Below, piece by piece: positions 1 through 7,198 of a stretch of 64,000 bases of DNA (position 1 is its first letter; every line of letters starts with the position of its first letter). The DNA is from Bacteroidales bacterium (GTDB lineage Bacteria; Bacteroidota; Bacteroidia; Bacteroidales; VadinHA17). The position numbers were made by a program, and so were the translations under genes. Location of the stretch: positions 8,093 to 72,092 of the forward strand of contig JANTGF010000012.1 in the NCBI GenBank assembly GCA_024763075.1, read 5' to 3'. The notes beneath the pieces were generated by a model. That model was not told the DNA's origin and ran no database searches. It was given only the letters and a program-made list of their open reading frames with translations.

Positions 1-372
1 TACCCAGCCACTATCTGTTTTTGTCGCGTATTTAAGGCTCCAATAGTTGCCAAGATATTGCTGGCTGTAGCTTATATGCGGGCGATCCTGAGTATCCATT
101 GCCAGACTACAATTCTCTCCGGTATACCCTATACTATCGACAATTTCCACAGTCCAGCTGCCATTTGAGAAACTTGCATAAAGTAAATCGCCAAAGTCTT
201 CATCAAAATATGCAATATGGGGATTGTCCTGGCTGTCCAGTACAAGAGAACAATATTCCCCTTTATATTCCCCTGTGCTGTCTGCAGCTTGTCTTTGCCA
301 GACACTTGCTATGGAATTACCCGGAATCATTAAAAGCAGCCCGAGTAAAAAAGTTGCTATTAAATTTTTCAT
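1..372 (-). CDS. Secreted repeat protein, N-terminal part only (gene continues past the window start)
   Basis: Absent from the ORF track because it runs off the edge. The reverse complement of 372..1 reads MKNLIATFLLGLLLMIPGNSIASVWQRQAADSTGEYKGEYCSLVLDSQDNPHIAYFDEDFGDLLYASFSNGSWTVEIVDSIGYTGENCSLAMDTQDRPHISYSQQ... and stays open to base 1. It has a signal-peptide-like N-terminus followed by repeated CSL-x-(L/M)D-x-Q-D-x-PHI-(A/S)-Y units. Confidence 0.6.
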   Translation of the reverse strand, partial: MKNLIATFLLGLLLMIPGNSIASVWQRQAADSTGEYKGEYCSLVLDSQDNPHIAYFDEDFGDLLYASFSNGSWTVEIVDSIGYTGENCSLAMDTQDRPHISYSQQYLGNYWSLKYATKTDSGWV

Positions 373-456
373 GATTATGTAATTTAGGAAATCAAAACAT
401 CAGAGGAATACATACTATTTCTCTTAATAAATGTATGATATTAAAATCAGGAAGGC

Positions 457-480
457 AATCCCATATTCATGGGATATTTT
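457..480. promoter_or_regulatory. Copy 1 of the 24-bp motif AATCCCATATTCATGGGATATTTT (inverted repeat ATCCCAT-N4-ATGGGAT); candidate operator upstream of the truncated secreted-protein gene
   Basis: Exact 24/24 match to 3595..3618. It lies 85-108 bp upstream of the minus-strand ATG at 372 and directly after the strong terminator at 491..523. Confidence 0.4.
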
Positions 481-490
481 CCAAATAAAT

Positions 491-523
491 AGTCAGGGGA
501 TGACTGCCAGTCATCCCCTGACT
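491..523 (-). terminator. Intrinsic terminator candidate after the T9SS cargo gene
   Basis: Perfect 15-bp inverted repeat AGTCAGGGGATGACT-gcc-AGTCATCCCCTGACT, 57 bp beyond the stop at 580. On the minus strand it is followed by ATTTATTTGG. Confidence 0.55.
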
Positions 524-579
524 ACACTTCGGATTGGATTTAAAATATGATTATGGTTTTTACAATAAGTACTTATTGC

Positions 580-2832
580 TTACCTTGAAATAACAATTTT
601 CCTTGTAACAGACCTTTGACCGGCAGTGAGCCTGAGGATGTAGATTCCCTCCGGCATATCCCGGGTCTCCCAGATCAGACTGTGTTTTCCGGCTGGCAAT
701 TTTTTATTTACCAAACGGCTTATTATCCTGCCGGTTATATCGTAAACCTCAAGTAAAGAATAATTTGCTTCAGGAATAGAAAAAACAATGCTTGTTGAAT
801 TTATGGCCGGGTTGGGGTAATTCTGTTTCAGATAAAATGTATTTTCCTTTCGGAAATCTATTGATGTAGCTATTTGCAATGGCCCTCCCGGATCAACAAT
901 CACTCCGTTTTCCGTAATATCGTAATCGCCTCTTTTTCCATCTGTCAGGTACAGAAAAATAGTGTCCGCACTGATTATTGCACCGGTTTCATCATCATAG
1001 CTGAAATCATACCAGTGGGCATTTTGGCCAGGTGTGGGGCCATACTTATAATAATGACTGAAAACAGGGTCATCTTTGAGTAACAGGGTTGCAACAGTGT
1101 TACTTCCTGCGCTAAGTCCTGTAATAGAGAAACTGAAAAAGCCATAGGGGGAAGAGGCTCCTGAAGGAACACCGGGAGCATCAGGGTCAGGGTTGTCCAC
1201 AGCGGCAACATTTGACAATGCTAATGAATCAGGCACATATAGGGTGATATAATATTGTTTATCATATGTGAAGAATGAAGCAACATTTTTTTGTTGCCAG
1301 TCCGGATCATTGTCATTATTTCCGTCATAATTATCATCTGTACCCTCCGGCCCTTTTTCTTCCTGGTCAGAGATGCCATCTTTGTCCTCATCCTGGAATT
1401 CACCAAAATGCCCGTTTTTATCAACGCGCTGGGCATAAATATCGTAGTCGGTGCCATTGCGCTTATCTGCCCAGATGAAAATAGCCCCTTCATTTCCGTC
1501 GGTTGCCAGTACAGGAGATGCCTGCTCTCCCTGAGCAGTGGATATGGCAATTCCGTTTTCCTGCCATAGAGGTACCCCTGAAGCGTTCAGACGCTGGGAA
1601 TAGATATCACCCTCCGCTCCATTGCGGAAATCCTGCCAGGCTATGATAATACCTCCTGCTCCATCCTGAATGGCAACGGGCTCTACCTGGTTGTTGGCCG
1701 ATACAGACACAGGGACTCCATTTGTGGCCCATTGAATTTCTCCGGAAGGGTTGATATGCTGGGCATATATATCATTGTCCGTGCTACGTTGATCCTGCCA
1801 TGTAATAATGGCTCCTCCTTTTTCATCCGGAACAACATCACATGTATATTGATCAGCAGTTGCGTTACTGATATTAACCCCGTTATTTCCCCATTGCCGT
1901 TCACCGGTTTCATTGATCAACTGAGCGAAAAGCCCGGTTGTTTCTCCTCCTCCGTTTGACCATACTACAATGGCTTCCCCCTGTTTCCCGCTGATGATGC
2001 CACATACTGTCTGCACATCCTGGTTGTCAGAAATCCCGACACCATTTTCTGACCACCTGATATTTCCGATAGAATCAATCCGTTGAGCATAAACTTTTGA
2101 ACTTCCTGTACCGGAACGAGAATCGTCCCATGCAATAATGGCACCACCATGACCGTCCCAGGCAAGGATGGGATTTGACTGACTTTCTTCAGCCAGACAG
2201 ATACCTTTCCCATTTCTCCCCCAAAGAACATTTCCCGTTGAATCTATATGCTGGGCATAAATATCTGTTGATCCAGGGGTGCCCGGAAGATATTGCCAGG
2301 CAATAATTGCCCCCCCTGCATGGTCACTGATGACTTGATGAAAAGATTTTGTGCCTGTGGTATCTGTGATCGTTATACCATTGAGAGACCATATTTTTTC
2401 TCCTTCGCTATCCAGTCTTTGAGAAAAAATATCATAATTGTAAAAGAATAAGGGCCCACGTTCCCATACGACTATTGCTCCTCCCTTATCGTCTTTTGTA
2501 AGAAGTGGCCGGAAATGTCCCTTATTTAATGCACCGGCATTCACCGCAATACCGTTTTCTACCCACTGTACGATGCCTGAGGAATTTGTTTTTTGAGCAT
2601 ATATCTCACCACCAAAAACGGATTCGGTAAAGCGGTAATCGCGCCAGGAAATAATCACACCCCCTGATTCGTCAGATAGTATTGCAGGCTCTCTTTGGTC
2701 TTTGGCAGCATTGCAAATAAGGGTGTTCTCTGAGGGATCAGAACTCCACTGAGCAATAATAATCTGTGGATTAATGAGGAGAAAAGATAGGAAAACAAGG
2801 AGTATAATTCTTTTTTGGTAAATAGTTTTCAT
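580..2832 (-). CDS. T9SS-secreted beta-propeller-like repeat protein with a C-terminal Por/T9SS sorting domain
   Basis: 750-aa ORF with an N-terminal signal peptide. It has about 8 tandem units of roughly 55-60 aa with the pattern (D/E)IY(A/S)Q-x-(I/L)(D/N)-x-x-G-x-x-x-W-x-x-NG ... GGAII-x-W-x-D-x-R. Next comes an Asp-rich calcium-binding-like stretch (DEDKDGISDQEE...DDNYDGNNDNDPD). The protein ends in a typical T9SS CTD (LKQNYPNPAINSTSIVFSIP...GIYILRLTAGQRSVTRKIVISR). Confidence 0.75.
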   Translation of the reverse strand: MKTIYQKRIILLVFLSFLLINPQIIIAQWSSDPSENTLICNAAKDQREPAILSDESGGVIISWRDYRFTESVFGGEIYAQKTNSSGIVQWVENGIAVNAGALNKGHFRPLLTKDDKGGAIVVWERGPLFFYNYDIFSQRLDSEGEKIWSLNGITITDTTGTKSFHQVISDHAGGAIIAWQYLPGTPGSTDIYAQHIDSTGNVLWGRNGKGICLAEESQSNPILAWDGHGGAIIAWDDSRSGTGSSKVYAQRIDSIGNIRWSENGVGISDNQDVQTVCGIISGKQGEAIVVWSNGGGETTGLFAQLINETGERQWGNNGVNISNATADQYTCDVVPDEKGGAIITWQDQRSTDNDIYAQHINPSGEIQWATNGVPVSVSANNQVEPVAIQDGAGGIIIAWQDFRNGAEGDIYSQRLNASGVPLWQENGIAISTAQGEQASPVLATDGNEGAIFIWADKRNGTDYDIYAQRVDKNGHFGEFQDEDKDGISDQEEKGPEGTDDNYDGNNDNDPDWQQKNVASFFTYDKQYYITLYVPDSLALSNVAAVDNPDPDAPGVPSGASSPYGFFSFSITGLSAGSNTVATLLLKDDPVFSHYYKYGPTPGQNAHWYDFSYDDETGAIISADTIFLYLTDGKRGDYDITENGVIVDPGGPLQIATSIDFRKENTFYLKQNYPNPAINSTSIVFSIPEANYSLLEVYDITGRIISRLVNKKLPAGKHSLIWETRDMPEGIYILRLTAGQRSVTRKIVISR

Positions 2833-2931
2833 GATATATAGAATTTAGTTTAAAAATTGATCATAGTTAAGAATTATAAATATGTCAGTTAATTTAACAT
2901 TTATGTTGAATCATAATAAAATGAATTTTAC

Positions 2932-3567
2932 TTAAATTTCCCCGTTTAATGATTTTTTTATTACCTCAGCTTTGCTGTGAACATGCAGTTTTTTATAGAT
3001 GTTTTTGATATGCGAACGAACAGTTTCAATGCTTATGTTTTGATTTTCGGCGATCATTTTATAACTCAGGCCATCAGCAAGGGAGAGGACAATTTCCTTT
3101 TCTTTGTCCGTCAATCCGGAAGAGTGCGTTTTTCCTTGCTTACCCTGGAAAAAGGCAATTACTTTCCGGGCAATCTGGGGTGACATGAAGGAGCCACCGT
3201 TATGAACTACCTCAATGGCATTTTTAATTTCGGCAAAAGGGGTGGTCTTTAATAAATAACCGGATGCTCCTGCCCTCAAAGACTGAAATATTTTGTGTGA
3301 ATCGTGGTAGATTGTGAACATGATGATATTGACATCGGGAAATTTTTCTTTTACGATTTTTATTCCACTAATGCCTGACATGCCCGGGAGTCCGATATCC
3401 ATAAGGATCACATCCGGATTATTCTCCTCATTCAAAATATTCAGAAAACTTTCAACACTGTCGCAGGCCAAAAGGCAAATCATATCTTCCCTGGAATTGA
3501 TCATATCTTTGATCCCTTCCCTGATTTCAGTAATGTCTTCTACAATGGCAACTCGAATCATGTGCAC
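2932..3567 (-). CDS. Two-component response regulator, NarL/FixJ family (REC + LuxR-type HTH)
   Basis: 211 aa. Receiver motifs are present (IRVAIVEDI..., VILMDIGLPGMSG, K at LLKT). The C-terminal LuxR HTH reads LTDKEKEIVLSLADGLSYKMIAENQNISIETVRSHIKNIYKKL. Confidence 0.85.
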   Translation of the reverse strand: MHMIRVAIVEDITEIREGIKDMINSREDMICLLACDSVESFLNILNEENNPDVILMDIGLPGMSGISGIKIVKEKFPDVNIIMFTIYHDSHKIFQSLRAGASGYLLKTTPFAEIKNAIEVVHNGGSFMSPQIARKVIAFFQGKQGKTHSSGLTDKEKEIVLSLADGLSYKMIAENQNISIETVRSHIKNIYKKLHVHSKAEVIKKSLNGEI

Positions 3568-3594
3568 AATATAAAAAGAAACTCAGGATCCTGA

Positions 3595-3618
3595 AATCCC
3601 ATATTCATGGGATATTTT
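3595..3618. promoter_or_regulatory. Copy 2 of the 24-bp motif AATCCCATATTCATGGGATATTTT; candidate operator upstream of the response-regulator gene
   Basis: Exact match to 457..480. It lies 28-51 bp upstream of the regulator ATG (3567), in the 116-bp gap between the kinase and regulator genes. Weaker flanking similarity (TCAGGA) extends the repeat to about 35 bp. Confidence 0.4.
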
Positions 3619-3683
3619 AAATTTGTATTTGTAATTTTTCTAAGCCCTGTTTTTATAAAAAATGGGAATACTATATAATTGAT

Positions 3684-6600
3684 TTACAGCTGTTTTAAAT
3701 TCAAAACAATCTGAAATCCGTCTGATGAGATGAATTGCAGGTCCGCACCGATTCTTTTTGCCCGCATTTTCATATTTTTCAGTCCATTTCCTTTTTTTAC
3801 CCTATCCGGGTCAAATCCATCCCCGTTGTCCTTAACTTTTAAAGTGAAATTTCTTTCAGTATAATTTATTGCAATGTTTACTTTACCGGCATTAGCATGC
3901 TTTAATATATTATGAATGGCTTCTTTAAAAATGTAAAAGATATTCTGTCTGTAATTTACCGGTATTTTCCGGTTCTTTTTGAGTCCTTTGATCTGAAAAT
4001 CAACATGTATATCTTTCACCGTTAATGTGTCATAGGCCAGGTCTCTCATTCGCTCAATGAGATTTTCTATGGTATCGTTTCTCGAGTCAATTGACCAGAT
4101 CACATCACTCATGGTGGCGATAATTTCCCGGCTTAATGTTCCTATTTTCCTTGACGAAGTTTGAATCATATTTTTATTTATCCCACTTTGGATTTGTTCG
4201 GAGTAAATGGAGATTTTTGTCAGGGCTGATCCGATATCATCATGCAAATCACTGGCTATTTGTGTGCGCAGTCTTTCTATTTCAAGCAATTTATTCAAAC
4301 GATACTTATGAAACATATAAAAGAACATTGATGCCAGTATTATACCAAGAATCTTAAACCACCAGGTTTTCCAGTAAGGGGGTTTTATCCGGATGTTTAA
4401 TGAAGAAATATGTGTACTCCATAAACCATCACTGTTGGTACCTTTTATCATAAAGGTATATTCTCCGGGTTCGATATTGGTGTAACTTACAAATCTCCGA
4501 GTTCCGGTATAAACCCAGTCTTCATCAATGCCCTCCATCTTATAAGCATACTGGTTTCTCGATGGCTGCCTGTAATCCAGTGCGGCAAATTCAAAAGAGA
4601 AAAAGTTTTGTTTATATGAAAGAGAGATACAGTGATCATCAGGTAAATACGGGCCGGGCAGAAGTGGTTCATTGAAAACTTTAAAAGAGGTAAATACTAA
4701 AGGAGGCTCGTAATTGCTTTCTTTGATACTGTCAGGATAGAATATATTGAAACCATTTATACCTCCAAACAGTAATTGTCCGCTTTTGAGCTTAAGACAG
4801 GCACCTGCATTGAATTCATTACTTTGTAATCCGTAACTTTTATCGTAATTTTTAAAAGTTTTTTTTGCAGGATTATATCTGCTCAAACCCTGATTTGTAC
4901 TGAACCATAAACTACCTGAATTATCTTCCAGAATGCCATAAATAACATTTCCGGGCAGGCCGTCTTTCATATACAGGTTCGTGAAGTTTCCTGTGGGTTT
5001 TTCGGTGAACTGCATGTAAGAAAGCCCGTTGCTTGTTCCGGCCCAGATTGTTTTTCCTGTATTACTATTCGTTTCATATATATAATGAACAATATTTCCG
5101 CTGATTGACAGGGGATTATCAGGATCATGCATAAACCTGATAAATGAATCTGAGCTAAGATCGAATGCATTTAATCCACCACCCCAAACTCCAATCCAGA
5201 TATATTTTTGATCATTTTTGTAAATACGAAGTAAATAGTTCCCGGAGAGTGTGGTGCTGTCTTCCGGAATACTCCAGTAATGGCGGTAGCTTTCATTATG
5301 GATATCAAATTTTATCAGGCCTTTGTCAAAAGTGGCTATCCATAAGGTGCCGGGGGGATCAAAACAAATCCCGTTAATGAAGTTCATCCCTTCACTTTCA
5401 GGTATCCGTGGTGATTCCTGATATCTTGTAAATTCTGAAGAATGTTTATCAAACCTGTTTAAACCTCCACCACGCGTCCCGATCCATAAATTACCACTCT
5501 TGTCTTCTGCAATAGAACTGATACTGTTACTGCTAATGCTTGTGGGATCTTTTGGGTTATTGATGAATGTGGTGAAACTTTCCTGATCCGGACAAAACCT
5601 GTTCAAGCCTCCATTTTCTGTACCAATCCAGATGTCTTCTGATTTGTCCTCATGAAAAGTAGTTATTTTGTTATTACTCAAACTATTTTCATTATTCTGA
5701 CTGTGTTGGTAATGATTAAAATTCTCTCTCTCGTAGTCAAACAGATTTATACCTCCGGCACCAATCCAGATAAGCCCTGACCGATCCTCCAGAAGGCTGT
5801 AAACATTATTGGCTGCCAGGCTTTGAGCTTCATCGGGGTTATGGTTGATGTGGGTGAACTTTTGAGTGTTGCTATCAAAAATATCAATTCCGTTTGAAAT
5901 GGTCCCAATCCACAGTTTTCCTTTGTGGTCAAAAAGCAGAGAGGCAATATCATTGGAAGAAAAACTGTTTTTTGAAGGATTATGCATAATATTTGAAAAA
6001 GTCTTTTGGTCCTTTTCCAACCGGTTTAAGCCTCCTCCAAAGGTTCCTATCCAGAGGTTTCCTTTATTATCCTGAGAAAATGAAGTGATTTTGCCGGAAC
6101 TTATCGAAGTGGATTTAGTGTCAGGCTGGAAATTATTAAAGCGGTAGTGTAATGTATCATCCAGATCAATTTGTGACAGCCCGTTCCATGTCCCTATCCA
6201 TAATTTATTCTTTTCTTTGTCAAGGAACATCGTCCGGATAAAATCATTTATCAGGCTGTTATTGTCAGAAGTGTCATGGGTAAAATGGGTGAACCGGTCA
6301 GTAGCAGGATCATAACGGTTTAATCCCCCTCCCCATGTTCCAATCCATAAATAGCCGTTTTTATCCTCATAAATGGAGGTTGGCCTTCCACCCCGGATGT
6401 TGTTTGGATTCTTCGGGTCGGGAAGATACCGGGTGAACAAATTTTTATTCGGATTGAATTTTGTCAGGCCATTCCAGGTGGCAATCCAGATATTCTGATG
6501 GCTGTCTTCAAAAACATCCCATATCCAGCTATGTGAAACGGAGTTTGTGTCGGATTGGTCATGTCTGAAAACAATAAACTCGTACCCGTCAAACCGGTTC

Positions 6601-6782
6601 AGTCCGTCCTGAGTACCCAGCCAGATAAACCCCCGGCTATCCTGGAAAATGCAGTTAACAGTATTCTGGGAAAGCCCGTTTTCAATATTAAGGTGCTTAA
6701 AATGCAATGACTGAGGAAAAGATATGAGGCAATTTGTCAGCAACCCGAACAATAATATCCCATATTTTGTTAACCTGATCAT
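3684..6782 (-). CDS. Sensor histidine kinase with a periplasmic two-component-regulator beta-propeller and Y_Y_Y domain, then HisKA_3 and HATPase_c
   Basis: 1032 aa. Many repeats of the form ...D..G.LWIGT..GGLNR(F/Y)D... typical of Reg_prop propellers. A Y_Y_Y-like segment (YAYKMEGIDEDWVY...GEYTFMIKG) is followed by one TM helix, the H-box ASDLHDDIGSALTKI and ATPase motifs (KHANAGKV..., DNGDGF, GNGLKNM). Confidence 0.85.
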   Translation of the reverse strand: MIRLTKYGILLFGLLTNCLISFPQSLHFKHLNIENGLSQNTVNCIFQDSRGFIWLGTQDGLNRFDGYEFIVFRHDQSDTNSVSHSWIWDVFEDSHQNIWIATWNGLTKFNPNKNLFTRYLPDPKNPNNIRGGRPTSIYEDKNGYLWIGTWGGGLNRYDPATDRFTHFTHDTSDNNSLINDFIRTMFLDKEKNKLWIGTWNGLSQIDLDDTLHYRFNNFQPDTKSTSISSGKITSFSQDNKGNLWIGTFGGGLNRLEKDQKTFSNIMHNPSKNSFSSNDIASLLFDHKGKLWIGTISNGIDIFDSNTQKFTHINHNPDEAQSLAANNVYSLLEDRSGLIWIGAGGINLFDYERENFNHYQHSQNNENSLSNNKITTFHEDKSEDIWIGTENGGLNRFCPDQESFTTFINNPKDPTSISSNSISSIAEDKSGNLWIGTRGGGLNRFDKHSSEFTRYQESPRIPESEGMNFINGICFDPPGTLWIATFDKGLIKFDIHNESYRHYWSIPEDSTTLSGNYLLRIYKNDQKYIWIGVWGGGLNAFDLSSDSFIRFMHDPDNPLSISGNIVHYIYETNSNTGKTIWAGTSNGLSYMQFTEKPTGNFTNLYMKDGLPGNVIYGILEDNSGSLWFSTNQGLSRYNPAKKTFKNYDKSYGLQSNEFNAGACLKLKSGQLLFGGINGFNIFYPDSIKESNYEPPLVFTSFKVFNEPLLPGPYLPDDHCISLSYKQNFFSFEFAALDYRQPSRNQYAYKMEGIDEDWVYTGTRRFVSYTNIEPGEYTFMIKGTNSDGLWSTHISSLNIRIKPPYWKTWWFKILGIILASMFFYMFHKYRLNKLLEIERLRTQIASDLHDDIGSALTKISIYSEQIQSGINKNMIQTSSRKIGTLSREIIATMSDVIWSIDSRNDTIENLIERMRDLAYDTLTVKDIHVDFQIKGLKKNRKIPVNYRQNIFYIFKEAIHNILKHANAGKVNIAINYTERNFTLKVKDNGDGFDPDRVKKGNGLKNMKMRAKRIGADLQFISSDGFQIVLNLKQL

Positions 6783-6873
6783 TACAAAATATTTTGTAAT
6801 AAAGTTAATTGTTTTCAGGGATATGGCAAAGAAAAAGGTGGTGAATATAACAATGAATTATCCGGAATAAAAT

Positions 6874-6900
6874 AAAAAAACCAGGGGAATCCCTGGTTTT
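6874..6900. terminator. Orphan bidirectional stem-loop (A7-CCAGGG-GAAT-CCCTGG-T4) in a divergent intergenic region
   Basis: The stem is 6 bp GC-rich and extends to 10 bp with the A/T flanks. There is a T-run on the plus strand and a longer T-run on the minus strand. No annotated gene ends here. Confidence 0.35.
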
Positions 6901-7153
6901 GTAACCCTTGGTTAATATTTTAGGGTTATTATATGAAGGGTAAACGGGTATGAAAACCTTTCGAAATATAGATGATCCAAAGTGGTGAATGGTTGCGTTG
7001 AAAAATTTTATATTTTAAATAATTATTATTGTTGTTTGTTAGGAGGCTTGTAATTATCAGATTATCAGTCTTGTAAAATAAGTATATTTTAAAAGAAATA
7101 TTTTATATTTTTTTGTGTTAAAAATTAATTTGTGGTCTGTAATGAATATTAGG

Positions 7154-7161
7154 TATATTTG
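7154..7161 (+). promoter_or_regulatory. Bacteroidota -7 promoter box TATATTTG (consensus TAnnTTTG)
   Basis: Exact consensus match, 38 nt upstream of the ATG at 7199. Confidence 0.4.
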
Positions 7162-7198
7162 AATTTGTTCTTGAAGATTAATTTTTATCGTACTTTTC

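Noticed and set aside
99-374. 91-aa plus-strand ORF from the track
   Set aside because: It is antisense to a much more convincing minus-strand gene (1..372) that has a signal peptide and repeated PHI(A/S)Y units. The plus-strand product is Cys/Leu/Pro-rich with no recognisable features.
3595-3618. The 24-bp motif read as the intrinsic terminator of the kinase gene
   Set aside because: The stem is 7 bp and AT-rich, and there is no U-tract on the transcribed (minus) strand. The other copy sits directly behind a strong 15-bp-stem terminator, where a second terminator would be redundant. It is kept as a regulatory candidate instead.
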